Shown piece by piece: positions 22,201 to 29,350 of a stretch of DNA of 64,000 nucleotides. Within the stretch, counting starts at the first letter, position 1, and every line of letters starts with the position of its first letter. The DNA is from a virus. A program made the translations under genes and the position numbers. The stretch is taken from IMG/VR virus record IMGVR_UViG_3300030104_002385, positions 28,750-92,749 of that record; one strand, 5' to 3'. The notes under the pieces are model-generated. The model worked only from the letters and a program-made list of their open reading frames with translations. It searched no databases and had not been told where the DNA came from.

Positions 22201-22719
22201 GGATATACTGAAGGAAGTGCTACTGGTGTTTCAACAACAGCAAGTGGATCAGGTACTGGTCTGACGGTAGATATTGTTGTTGATGCATCTGGTAACGTTA
22301 CTAGTGTTGCAATTAATAATGATGGTTCTGGATACGCAGCATCTGAAGTTATCACAATTGCAGGTGAAGGTGATGGTAATGCTACTATCCCAGTCTCTGC
22401 TATTCATGGAAATGGAGGAACATCATCTGTTTCTGCTATTCATGGTAACGGTGCAACGATCCCTGTATCAGCAATACATGGTAATGGTGCATCGATTAAT
22501 ACTTCTACAGTATTCACCAATGCTACATTCGCTCTATCTGACATCACAACGATGGAAGTTGGTGCAACTGTAACAGGTGGAACCTCTGGTACAACTGGTG
22601 TTATTACTGCTCTTGGTACTAATGCAATTACAGTTAATACCGTTGACGGATTCTTCAAAGTCGGAGAAACCGTTGGTGCTAATGATGTTACTAACTTGAC
22701 GATCTCCTCATTCGCTTAA
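16213..22719 (+). CDS. Long tail-fibre-like protein with Mtd-type N-terminal domain and multiple internal repeats
   Basis: 'RIQLRRG..EW..NPTLAQGELGIELDTGRFKLGDG' (Mtd_N-like); Gly/Thr/Ala-rich fibre repeats; 2168 aa. Confidence 0.8.
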   Translation: MANRIQLRRGGAQEWANSNPTLAQGELGIELDTGRFKLGDGVSAWNSLRYERPVESTSNTANTLVQRDADGNFSAGTITSTLIGNASTATRLASTRQIQLSGDVQSSGVFDGSANLTLNSALGLVSTLPHYDGTATPTGTYTKLTVDAKGRITNATNPTTLADYNLNGTVEGSSAQPYDLDLVAVAGLTSTGLISRTSTGTMATRAIAGTATRIAITDGSGLSGNPTIDLITTAVTGAAYNTASLTSIAGSQTVNTTAYTVDDYGRLTASVALPIATAVEGTDALAYAAGTTYVRDDKITNASKLYQAIAGIAAGAGAPTHSDATDAGSWRYLGAVTTKQKGLASFAQEDFDVSAAGHVTISANGVDNTQLQNRRIGFADGNTVENFELDQELTATSGYRGFNYLNYIKVNDTSGNLLFGANNTGDSSAGEIDVNVRSYFSDPDITLDGAVAQTLDKTGDGNLTFQTTQNSTSARTLSILATNAGTGASGVVVTAENTVTITASDAAGKVQIEDIYLQGDYIASSAATMILDPGDDRATSGKVQIMGDLQVDGTTTTVNSTVTTLDDPIITLGGDTAPGSDDGKDRGVEFRYYDTQARVGFFGYDDSAADLGGHSGAFSFVYDATNTAEVFAGTDAGIIAGNLKLTTNTNSTSNTTGDLVVAGGVGIGDDVNIGGTLDVDTNFRTHGTSRFDDEVVIQGASKDFIMKNGSGTAKFTAGSTTGNLTMAGVLAVTGNVDVNSNKFNITAASGNTAIAGTLTVSDETIVKADNKTFKVQTAAGVDKFVVDTDNGNLDSAGGANIAGLVYLESTDEPDILSGAPHTIQNADYGALRVDGGGYFDKNVLFNGDIFLNGDFNQQEDATENYGLRNYLSIRYKMRAGSVAAYTPSYSNHNTSNLRVFGGAGINTTLHVGGTGASQGLFVGKKNSGDTVKFSVLGASGDITSEGTLTQNGNAEFNGTVDVDGNFAVRNSTTDKFTVASSTGNAVGEGDLNIKGAVDFDTTLNVDGATTIQDDLIVKSDNKTFKVQNASAADKFTIDTDNGNTETQGTLTVQGQTNIIDSLVINAANENLYIQNGSAVTKFSVDTDNGNTNIIGTLTVGDATQINDTFGVSGVVTATNNTEQTLTGSYAADGSVRLSGGVGLAKNLAVGGDARVYGTLEVTQTVDINDAVDVSGNLVVSNTQEATSLADASVALQVAGGATIDKNTYIGGNLVVYDAGNTRAAFTVTNSSGDGEFHNDLTIGGNLIVNGSTTTVNSTVTTLDDPIITLGGDTAPSSNDAKDRGVEFRYYDGSAKIGFFGFDRSTQEFAFLTSATNTSEVLAGTDGPLRVGSINVTGAGTSVDIDNNLNVDGTATVDGQIISQLAQGTAPFVIASTTKVNNLNADLLDGMTTATANTVSTVVNRDASGNFAAGTITAALTGNADTSTEATNVTVSANNTANETVYLTFVDGATGTQGVETDTGLNYNPSTGILTTTQVTGNVVGDVTGDLTGTADVATTITLADESTDTSCNVLFATAATGNLAAKTGTNLTFNSNTGILTATGFSGPITGEVTGNAATATVLATARNIGGVSFNGSADITLPGVNSSGNQDTSGNAATATALATARNIGGVSFDGTAAINLPGVNTAGNQDTSGNAATSTQAANLTNHNTGGLSEGTNLYYTEARVQAKLDNAYSQLKSMLNNLATSTTLTMNLSGDPTPGVVVTLGSITANGIGGFSSASNVATSGGTGSSLTVDTTVNAAGAITGIALNTAGTDYLVSDTLTITNPNLGGVSALNVGTLSAGTGYATGTTIATTSSGSGSACTVDITGVSGTGAITGISINANGSGYAIGETLTIANANATGAKTLGSIATAGTGYAAGSAIATSASGSGSSATVDITVDGSGAVTGVTINDDGTGYAASEVLTITNANASGVKTLGSISVAGTGYTTASGVATTSSGSGTGLTVDVTVSSGGLATLTINNDGSGYAASDTITVVNANASGVKTLGTISAAGTGYTEGSATGVSTTASGSGTGLTVDIVVDASGNVTSVAINNDGSGYAASEVITIAGEGDGNATIPVSAIHGNGGTSSVSAIHGNGATIPVSAIHGNGASINTSTVFTNATFALSDITTMEVGATVTGGTSGTTGVITALGTNAITVNTVDGFFKVGETVGANDVTNLTISSFA
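17866..20120 (+). repeat. Dispersed internal duplication in the fibre gene (copies at ~17866-18020 and ~19955-20120)
   Basis: 'G.TTTVNSTVTTLDDPIITLGGDTAP.S.D.KDRGVEFRYYD..A..GFFG.D' occurs twice. Confidence 0.85.
20875..21129 (+). repeat. Tandem 120-bp (40-aa) fibre repeat, about 2 copies
   Basis: 'GNAATAT.LATARNIGGVSF.G.A.I.LPGVN..GNQDTS' repeated with an exact 120-nt period. Confidence 0.9.
21316..22551 (+). repeat. Five ~70-aa repeats followed by five short closing segments (three are 36-bp 'VSAIHGNG' tandem repeats)
   Basis: Repeats begin at ~21316, 21523, 21739, 21949 and 22156; 36-nt units at 22381, 22417 and 22453. Confidence 0.85.
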
Positions 22720-22724
22720 AATAA

Positions 22725-23531
22725 ATGTCCACAACTAGACCCGCAAGTAAAACTGAATTGAAGAACTATGCTCTTCGTAGGTTAGGATATCCTACGATAG
22801 ACATTAACGTTGCTACTGAACAACTAGATGACCTAGTTGAAGAAGTAATTGATTACTATCAGGAATATCATTATAACGGAAGTTATAAGACGTTCATGAG
22901 AGTTGAAGTTACACAGGCAATGTTGACTGCAGGACAAGGGTTTACTCAGCAAGGTTCAACTCCTTGGTATGGTGCGGATAATTATATCGACACACCTCCA
23001 GGTATGTTAAACATCAATCATGTTTATACAAACATTGGTTTGTCAAAAATGTCTAGTGGTAATATATTCAATATTAAATATCAACTTTTCTTGAATGATA
23101 TTCATAATATGACACATGGTCGTATTTTACATTACTATATGACTTCTCAATATCTTGAGACTTTAGATTGGATAACCAACTCTCAAGCAAATCGTAGAGT
23201 TAAATGGAATGAAATGCAAGGCAAACTTTATATGGACTTTGATTGGAAAGATATTGCAGTGGGTGATTTTATTATGGTTGATTGTAACATGCGTCAAGAC
23301 CCAGATACATACACTGACATGTATAATGATAATTGGTTAAAGGATTATACCGAAGCATTGTTCCAACAACAGTGGGGTAGAAATCTAAGTAAGTATGATG
23401 GTATTCAGATGATAGGTGGTGTTACACTTAATGGTAGACAAATACTTGAAGATGGTAGTACTTATAAAACTTCTTTGGAAGAGAAGTTACGTGATACTTA
23501 TGAACTTCCACCTATGGACTTAGTAGGGTAA
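22725..23531 (+). CDS. gp13: Neck protein gp13
   Basis: 'LKNYALRRLGYPTIDINV', 'QQWGRNLSKY.GIQ..GGVTLNG'. Confidence 0.92.
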   Translation: MSTTRPASKTELKNYALRRLGYPTIDINVATEQLDDLVEEVIDYYQEYHYNGSYKTFMRVEVTQAMLTAGQGFTQQGSTPWYGADNYIDTPPGMLNINHVYTNIGLSKMSSGNIFNIKYQLFLNDIHNMTHGRILHYYMTSQYLETLDWITNSQANRRVKWNEMQGKLYMDFDWKDIAVGDFIMVDCNMRQDPDTYTDMYNDNWLKDYTEALFQQQWGRNLSKYDGIQMIGGVTLNGRQILEDGSTYKTSLEEKLRDTYELPPMDLVG

Positions 23532-23538
23532 TTACTAA

Positions 23539-24465
23539 ATGGCATATTCAAATTCACCAGCACAGGATTACGTTCAGTCTGACTATAGTAATTCTTCACG
23601 TTTGAACGTTAATGGGTCTGCTCAAGAGCAGAAGTTTATAGAAAATCTAATTGTAGAAACAATTGAAATTTACGGGCAAAATATTTACTACGTGCCGAGA
23701 ACTATTGTCAACCGTGATAGTGTCTTCGGAGAGGATTCTGATGGCAAATTTGAAAGTGCCAAAGCGATTCGTGCCTATGTCAATAATGTTGAAGGATGGG
23801 AAGGACAAGGCGAACTTCTTACGAAGTTTGGGATCCGCATCGAGGATAAGACAACATTTGTATTCTCCCGTGAAAAATTTAAAGAAAAGGTTGATGACAG
23901 CACTGTCCTCAATGTCGAAGGAAGACCCAACGAAGGGGATTTAATTTGGTTCCCTATAACTAAACATTTATTTGAAATTAAGTTTGTAGAAGTCGAACGT
24001 CCTTTCTATCAGTTAGGTAAGAATTACGTTTGGGAATGTCAGTGCGAACTCTTTGAGTACAGTGATGAGGAGATTGACACTGGTCTTACAGAACTTGATG
24101 CTATTGAGACTGCCTTTGCTAATGCAATTACAGTTGGTCTTGCTGCTGGTGGTTCTGGAGACTTCACTGTTGGTGAGACTGTTACTGGAGGTAGTTCTAA
24201 TGTAACTGCTGAAGTTAAGTCTTGGGATTCTAGTACTAGAACACTTATTGTTATTAACCGTTCTGGTACATTTACTATACCAGAAACATTGACAGGTGGT
24301 ACATCTAGTGCATCTTGGACTACTGCTACATATAATACAATAGACAATAAAAATACAACGTACGATCAGAACTACGAATTTGAAACTGCTGATAATGATA
24401 TCATAGACTTCAGTGAAGCAAACCCATTCGGATCAGTTGGATCATCCACTGACTTAACAATCTAA
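23539..24465 (+). CDS. gp14: Neck protein gp14
   Basis: 'IEIYGQNIYYVPR', 'RPNEGDLIWFP', 'PFYQLG', 'IDFSEANPFG'. Confidence 0.92.
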   Translation: MAYSNSPAQDYVQSDYSNSSRLNVNGSAQEQKFIENLIVETIEIYGQNIYYVPRTIVNRDSVFGEDSDGKFESAKAIRAYVNNVEGWEGQGELLTKFGIRIEDKTTFVFSREKFKEKVDDSTVLNVEGRPNEGDLIWFPITKHLFEIKFVEVERPFYQLGKNYVWECQCELFEYSDEEIDTGLTELDAIETAFANAITVGLAAGGSGDFTVGETVTGGSSNVTAEVKSWDSSTRTLIVINRSGTFTIPETLTGGTSSASWTTATYNTIDNKNTTYDQNYEFETADNDIIDFSEANPFGSVGSSTDLTI

Positions 24466-25496
24466 TGCTAGGAACCTACAACTATAACCAAATATTTAGA
24501 AAGACTATTGTTTCTTTTGGTACTCTTTTCAATAACATTGAAATAAGAAGATCAGATGAGGTAATGAAAGTTCCTCTAGCTTATGGTCCAAAACAAAAAT
24601 TCTTAGCACGTCTGGATCAAAACCCAGATCCAACCAATAAAAGGGTTCAAATTACATTACCCAGACTTTCGTTTGAAATAAATTCTGTTAGTTATGATTC
24701 TACAAGGAAAGTCTCACCCACACAAAAGATCAAATTCAAGAAAGACGTAGATGAAGTTAAGTCAGCTTTCATGCCTGTGCCTTATAATATTGGATTTGAA
24801 TTGGCAATTATATCGAAAAATCAAGATGACGGATTACAAATCATTGAACAAATTCTTCCGTACTTTCAACCTCATTATAATCTCTCAGTTAAACTCCAAA
24901 CATCAATAGGGGAAACTAAAGATGTTCCTGTAGTATTACAGAACATAGATTATGAGGATGATTACGAAGGAGATTTTGCAAGTCGTAGAGCAATTATATA
25001 CACATTACAATTTATTGCTAAGACTTATCTATACGGTCCTGTTACAGAGGCTAAGACAATCAAAAAGGTTATTACCGATTCTTATACCTCTGTCAATACG
25101 ACTACAGCACCAAGAGAGAAGAGGTATACTGTTACACCTCAAGCATTAACAGATCAGGATGGAGTAGGACTTACTACTCTTACTGCTGCAATGGACATTA
25201 ACGATGGAATTATATCTGTTGCTAGTGTATCATCTCTTGCACAAGGAGATGACATTCAGATTGGTACTGAGGTTATGCATATTAACAGAGTTGTTGGTAG
25301 TACGCTTCATATCAGTCGAGGATGGAACAGCACAACTATTGCAGGACATGCAAATGGATCAGGAATTCTTAAGTTAGATGCTGCAGATGATGCACTATTA
25401 ACTTCTGAGGATGATTTCGGATTTGGTGAAATATTCTCAGACTTTACTGATCTCAAGAAACGCAACCCAGTTAGCGGTGCTGATGAAACAATCTAA
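24465..25496 (+). CDS. gp15: Tail sheath stabilizer/terminator gp15
   Basis: 'FGTLFNNI', 'KVPLAYGPKQKFLARL', 'LPRLSFE', 'QIIEQILPYFQP'. Confidence 0.92.
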   Translation: MLGTYNYNQIFRKTIVSFGTLFNNIEIRRSDEVMKVPLAYGPKQKFLARLDQNPDPTNKRVQITLPRLSFEINSVSYDSTRKVSPTQKIKFKKDVDEVKSAFMPVPYNIGFELAIISKNQDDGLQIIEQILPYFQPHYNLSVKLQTSIGETKDVPVVLQNIDYEDDYEGDFASRRAIIYTLQFIAKTYLYGPVTEAKTIKKVITDSYTSVNTTTAPREKRYTVTPQALTDQDGVGLTTLTAAMDINDGIISVASVSSLAQGDDIQIGTEVMHINRVVGSTLHISRGWNSTTIAGHANGSGILKLDAADDALLTSEDDFGFGEIFSDFTDLKKRNPVSGADETI

Positions 25497-25498
25497 TT

Positions 25499-25912
25499 AT
25501 GGATGAAGATTTTACAGGATTAACAAAAGCTTTTGGTGAAGAACCTTCTGAACTGGAACAACATGTTGAGAAAACTAAATCACTGAGAACTGATACTCCT
25601 GACGTACAACAGGATTACGAGACTTCTCGTGCTCAACTACATAGCCTAGTAATGAAAGGGCAGGAGGCAGTAGATGGTATACTTGATGTGGCACGAGCAA
25701 GTGATCATCCAAGAGCTTATGAAGTTGCTGGTCAACTCATCAAACACGTGGCAGATACGACAGACAAGTTGATAGATCTGCAAACAAAAATGAAAGAATT
25801 AGATAAAGAAGATAAGAAAGGTCCGACTAGTGTCACTAATGCTATGTTTGTCGGGAGTACTTCTGATCTTCAGAAGATGTTAAAAAACATAAATAAAGAG
25901 GAATCTAACTAA
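25499..25912 (+). CDS. gp16: Terminase small subunit gp16
   Basis: 'DYETSR..L', 'SDHPRAYEVAGQLIK', 'NAMFVGSTSDLQKML'. Confidence 0.92.
   Translation: MDEDFTGLTKAFGEEPSELEQHVEKTKSLRTDTPDVQQDYETSRAQLHSLVMKGQEAVDGILDVARASDHPRAYEVAGQLIKHVADTTDKLIDLQTKMKELDKEDKKGPTSVTNAMFVGSTSDLQKMLKNINKEESN
25889..25895 (+). promoter_or_regulatory. Late promoter (ATAAATA)
   Basis: Within the 3' end of gp16, about 30 nt upstream of the ORF at 25924. Confidence 0.55.
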
Positions 25913-25923
25913 CTCGACACGAC

Positions 25924-26457
25924 ATGACTGTACTTAATGTATTAAGCACAAATGCAATATCTGGATCTGGAACGGAATATCAAACTATTCAGACTGGATT
26001 TTATCGTATAAGTGCTACTGCTGCAACGACTGTTCAATTTGGTGCTGGTCCTGCAATCCAAGTGTTTGCAAATTCACCTGTTCTTTTGAAAGGTGGTAAA
26101 CCAGGTCAAGCAAGAGTTGTTAAAGCGATTGATGATTCTACTGCAGATTATATCCTTGGGCAACACCTTCAGGATTCATCTAGCAATCATCCTTTCTCGG
26201 TTGGTGATTTTATCGCAGTTGTAGATGCTTCTACTGATCCTGCAATTGATAGTAATTTTCTATCTGCTGGAACTGTTGGTAAAAAAATTACCGCAATTGA
26301 TGGTAATAAAATAAGTACAGATATTGATTCTTCTTCAGCATCTGCTGATTACACATACGCACAGTCTGGTAATCAAGCAATCGTGCAACGTGCCATAAAG
26401 ATCACAGCTGGCGGTCAGGCAATTACGGTTGAAGAGGTACAAGTGGTCGGAGGTTAA
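25924..26457 (+). CDS. Hypothetical, probable virion protein
   Basis: Late promoter upstream; beta-rich, Ala/Ser/Thr-rich composition. Confidence 0.6.
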   Translation: MTVLNVLSTNAISGSGTEYQTIQTGFYRISATAATTVQFGAGPAIQVFANSPVLLKGGKPGQARVVKAIDDSTADYILGQHLQDSSSNHPFSVGDFIAVVDASTDPAIDSNFLSAGTVGKKITAIDGNKISTDIDSSSASADYTYAQSGNQAIVQRAIKITAGGQAITVEEVQVVGG

Positions 26458-26458
26458 G

Positions 26459-27130
26459 ATGCCTTTGGTTAATCAAGAAGCCGAACGTATAGTTCGTGGA
26501 ATGAAAAGTAAAAGTGGTCATCGCTTTAGAAAACTCTATGGGAAGCGTGATAAAGAAGTGATGCATGCAACGGCAAATAAATTAGCTCAAAAGGAACAAC
26601 TGAAAGTTATGTATTATTCAGACTTTATAAAACTTGCAGAAGGTAATCCTACTACCAGAATGCTTACCAAGTCAAAGACAAAAACGACTGGTAATATATC
26701 TGCGGATAGAGGATCCGATGAATCTAAGAACCGTGAGAAACGTAAAGGTCTGGAAAAAGATTTTAAAAAGAAAGGTATTGGATATAAAAAGGGTGTAGGT
26801 GAATACAAATATAAATCTGATGATGGAAAAGAAGGGACTGGAAGAGAGGTCTCTTACCAAACAAGCAAACCTGATAACATGAGCAAGCGTAGGTTTGGTA
26901 AAACAATGAGAAGATTAGGACGTAAGCATGGACAGGAATCCGTCATCACCAAAGATAAGGACAAACCTGCAAGATTACATGATACCCAATCCAAGAAACC
27001 AGATAAATCTATTAACTTAGGTAAGTCTGCACCAGGCAAACATCCCAAAGGAGATGGTGAAACATCAGGGACTAAAGTTAGGTCAGGTAAATTATCTAAA
27101 ACATCAAAGCCAGCGTACCACTACAAATAA
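26459..27130 (+). CDS. Very basic protein, possible internal head protein
   Basis: ATG at 26459 just after the upstream stop; Lys/Arg-rich; internal 'MYYSDFIKLAE' resembles the T4 capsid-targeting sequence. Confidence 0.6.
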   Translation: MPLVNQEAERIVRGMKSKSGHRFRKLYGKRDKEVMHATANKLAQKEQLKVMYYSDFIKLAEGNPTTRMLTKSKTKTTGNISADRGSDESKNREKRKGLEKDFKKKGIGYKKGVGEYKYKSDDGKEGTGREVSYQTSKPDNMSKRRFGKTMRRLGRKHGQESVITKDKDKPARLHDTQSKKPDKSINLGKSAPGKHPKGDGETSGTKVRSGKLSKTSKPAYHYK

Positions 27131-27147
27131 GTAAAGGACGCAAAACC

Positions 27148-27303
27148 ATGTCAGAATCTGAACGTAAGTACAGAGAAGAATTAGATCGATATAGACAATT
27201 ATTAAATAGGCAAAAAGAAGAGGATGAAAAGAAAGGTTTAAAACCCTATAGTCATCCAGATCACTACGATAAACTGTGTTCAAAGGAGAACAAAGGTAGT
27301 TAA
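27148..27303 (+). CDS. Small charged hypothetical protein (51 aa; not in ORF track)
   Basis: MSESERKYREELDRYRQLL...KENKGS*, with AAGGA upstream. Confidence 0.55.
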   Translation: MSESERKYREELDRYRQLLNRQKEEDEKKGLKPYSHPDHYDKLCSKENKGS

Positions 27304-27314
27304 TTATACTTACA

Positions 27315-27328
27315 TGGTATAATAAATA
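27315..27328 (+). promoter_or_regulatory. Overlapping extended -10 (TGGTATAAT) and late promoter (ATAAATA)
   Basis: TGGTATAATAAATA upstream of ORF 27355. Confidence 0.5.
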
Positions 27329-27354
27329 CTTATCAGTATGGGATTGAAAAAATC

Positions 27355-27585
27355 ATGCCCCTGACTCATCAGAAGCATTATACCGTAGGTTACCATGACC
27401 TACAAAAAAACAAAGGAGAAATTTGCGAGTATGCCGTAGATGCATATTCAGCAATGCAACAAGCAAAAGAGGATGTACCTTTTCTAGAAGGGCATCCTCA
27501 TTTTATTGATTCGTGTGAAATGAATCCAACTGAGATTGATAACATTACTCGGTTGATGGCATCAGGAATTCCAATGGGACATTAA
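27355..27585 (+). CDS. Picocyanobacterial-type small conserved protein
   Basis: 'HYTVGYHD....EICEYA.D.Y.A....KEDVP.L..HPHFID.C', recalled from Prochlorococcus/Synechococcus hypothetical proteins. Confidence 0.65.
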   Translation: MPLTHQKHYTVGYHDLQKNKGEICEYAVDAYSAMQQAKEDVPFLEGHPHFIDSCEMNPTEIDNITRLMASGIPMGH

Positions 27586-27587
27586 TT

Positions 27588-27701
27588 ATGACTACTATAA
27601 CAAAAAATAAACATGAGATAATGTGGTGGATGAGTAGACTCACCATCATGGGAACATCTCTAGGTATGGCAACATGGCTTGCAGCACAAGCATGGGTTTA
27701 G
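27588..27701 (+). CDS. Small hydrophobic protein (37 aa; not in ORF track)
   Basis: MTTITKNKHEIMWWMSRLTIMGTSLGMATWLAAQAWV*; fills the gap between neighbouring ORFs. Confidence 0.6.
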   Translation: MTTITKNKHEIMWWMSRLTIMGTSLGMATWLAAQAWV

Positions 27702-27925
27702 ATTATTCATATGTAGAGGCACAAGTCACTGAGGGTAAAAAGTATTATGATAAAGATGGGTGGGAGATTTCTCCACCCATTTCTGATAGGGAATGTATCT
27801 ATCGTGCCCTAGAGAACTGTCAAAACCTTGCTGGACTTGATAGAAAACAAGTTCAGAAATTGATGGAAGATTTCAAGACTAAGAAAACTGAATTCGTACG
27901 CAACGAAGAGTACCCTGTGCTATAA
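27692..27925 (+). CDS. Hypothetical protein
   Basis: Probable start MGLDYSY at 27692, overlapping the previous stop. Confidence 0.55.
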   Translation: MGLDYSYVEAQVTEGKKYYDKDGWEISPPISDRECIYRALENCQNLAGLDRKQVQKLMEDFKTKKTEFVRNEEYPVL

Positions 27926-27955
27926 TTACTATATAAATTATGAACTATATTAACA

Positions 27956-28261
27956 ATGATTTTTCTATCAAAACCATCTGTATATAATCTTCCTGGTACA
28001 TGGGAGAAGCAACCCGATGTTCTCGTTCAACATTTAAATCTTACACCTGATCAAGGATTAATTTTATTCTTTGGTTTATTATTAGGTGCTTTAGTTGCGT
28101 ATGGTATTTACTATACATTTGGAGCAGGAAAGAAAGAACTGAGGGATCAGATTGACGAACATGCTAAGATGCATGAACTAGGTATTGCTCACGGACATGA
28201 AGGGAAGAGAGCAATGATAACAAAAGTAGATAAGGACTACCCCAAACATCAACATAAATAA
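27956..28261 (+). CDS. psbN: PsbN-like membrane protein with N-terminal extension and His-rich tail
   Basis: TM helix then 'YGIYYTFGAGKKELRDQIDEH', matching the PsbN pattern 'G..Y..FGP.SK.L.DPF..H'; TGTGCTATAAT extended -10 upstream. Confidence 0.6.
   Translation: MIFLSKPSVYNLPGTWEKQPDVLVQHLNLTPDQGLILFFGLLLGALVAYGIYYTFGAGKKELRDQIDEHAKMHELGIAHGHEGKRAMITKVDKDYPKHQHK
28254..28260 (+). promoter_or_regulatory. Late promoter (ATAAATA)
   Basis: Upstream of ORF 28282. Confidence 0.55.
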
Positions 28262-28281
28262 AATTAACAACTTAATAATAT

Positions 28282-28581
28282 ATGCTATCAACACAATATC
28301 GTTTGAGATTAGCATCTATATGTAAGGACATAGGTGCTGGAGTTGAAGTAAGTCTAGATGATATGATCTGGGCAGAGAAACTAGCAAAAGCAAATACTGC
28401 TGCTAGAGGTATGTTACAGAGTGCTAGAAGAAGTAGTACAGATCCTACAGACTCTTTTCTGAATAGCTTGAATATAGGAGACCCCGATTCAAGCAATCAC
28501 CGTAGGGGTTTTGGAGATCCACAAGATGTGGTAGACTGGTTCCATCAAGAACGATCTGATGATTGGAGACAACGTGATTAA
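28282..28581 (+). CDS. Conserved cyanophage hypothetical protein
   Basis: 'MLSTQYRLRL..IC..I..G.EV.L.DMIWAEKLAKAN' ... 'DDWRQRD'. Confidence 0.7.
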   Translation: MLSTQYRLRLASICKDIGAGVEVSLDDMIWAEKLAKANTAARGMLQSARRSSTDPTDSFLNSLNIGDPDSSNHRRGFGDPQDVVDWFHQERSDDWRQRD

Positions 28582-28906
28582 AAAGTTAACTAAGGAGGAG
28601 ATAGGTTACAAAACTACCGATAAAATTCGTCAGATGTGGCTCCTTAATCCCCATGATCATCACATGTTATATGTGAGAGATGATGGGACTTTTTATGGGT
28701 TTACTCACATGAAAGGGGAGGATCCAGAGGAATGGTTTTGGGAAGCACATGGTATACAGACTGAGTTATTTCCACCTGAACCACCTAAGTCTAATCCACC
28801 GACAGAAGAGCAGATTGCTCGTGCCCCACATCTCAATATGTTAGAGAAATACTATGGTAAGGGTTGGAAACCTGAACCAGTTGAAGGGTTGGGAGATCAC
28901 TTCTAA
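28574..28906 (+). CDS. Hypothetical protein
   Basis: GTG start overlapping the upstream gene end; coupled to the next ORF (TAATG). Confidence 0.6.
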   Translation: MIKKLTKEEIGYKTTDKIRQMWLLNPHDHHMLYVRDDGTFYGFTHMKGEDPEEWFWEAHGIQTELFPPEPPKSNPPTEEQIARAPHLNMLEKYYGKGWKPEPVEGLGDHF

Positions 28907-29064
28907 TGTTTGTTGTACCAGAATACACTTGTAAACATCCTATATTTCCTCATCACAATACTGTTGATATAATGTATGATGCTATTAACAAACATGAGTG
29001 TGAGCAAAAGGATTGGTATGCATACCTCGATTTTATAAGTAACAATCAATATGACTTCCAATAA
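28906..29064 (+). CDS. Small hypothetical protein (52 aa; not in ORF track)
   Basis: MFVVPEYTCKHPIFPHH...NQYDFQ*; TAATG coupling. Confidence 0.55.
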   Translation: MFVVPEYTCKHPIFPHHNTVDIMYDAINKHECEQKDWYAYLDFISNNQYDFQ

Positions 29065-29350
29065 CGGTTACACACAAGAGATGATCAAGGAGATGCTAGG
29101 CACTGCTTGGTTGGACAAATCCAATATGCCTGAGACTGGTAATCAAATTAGAAGAAGAAAGGGACAAGAGATGAGAGCAGGAACAAGACCTTATCCTAAG
29201 TATCCATCAAAGGAGTCAAGAATATTAGACACTTCAGGTATGTTTGATGATGAGGGACAATATGTTTACCCACCTAACAGTGGATTTAATTGGGTGGAGA
29301 AATGTGATCCTAATCACGAAGGATATCTGCCAGGTGGTAAAGTATCATGA
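29051..29350 (+). CDS. Hypothetical protein
   Basis: 99-aa ORF in a tightly packed operon. Confidence 0.55.
   Translation: MTSNNGYTQEMIKEMLGTAWLDKSNMPETGNQIRRRKGQEMRAGTRPYPKYPSKESRILDTSGMFDDEGQYVYPPNSGFNWVEKCDPNHEGYLPGGKVS

Noticed and set aside
22381-22488. 36-bp direct repeats, CRISPR-like in length
   Set aside because: The repeats are contiguous, in frame and degenerate at third codon positions, with no spacers or cas genes.
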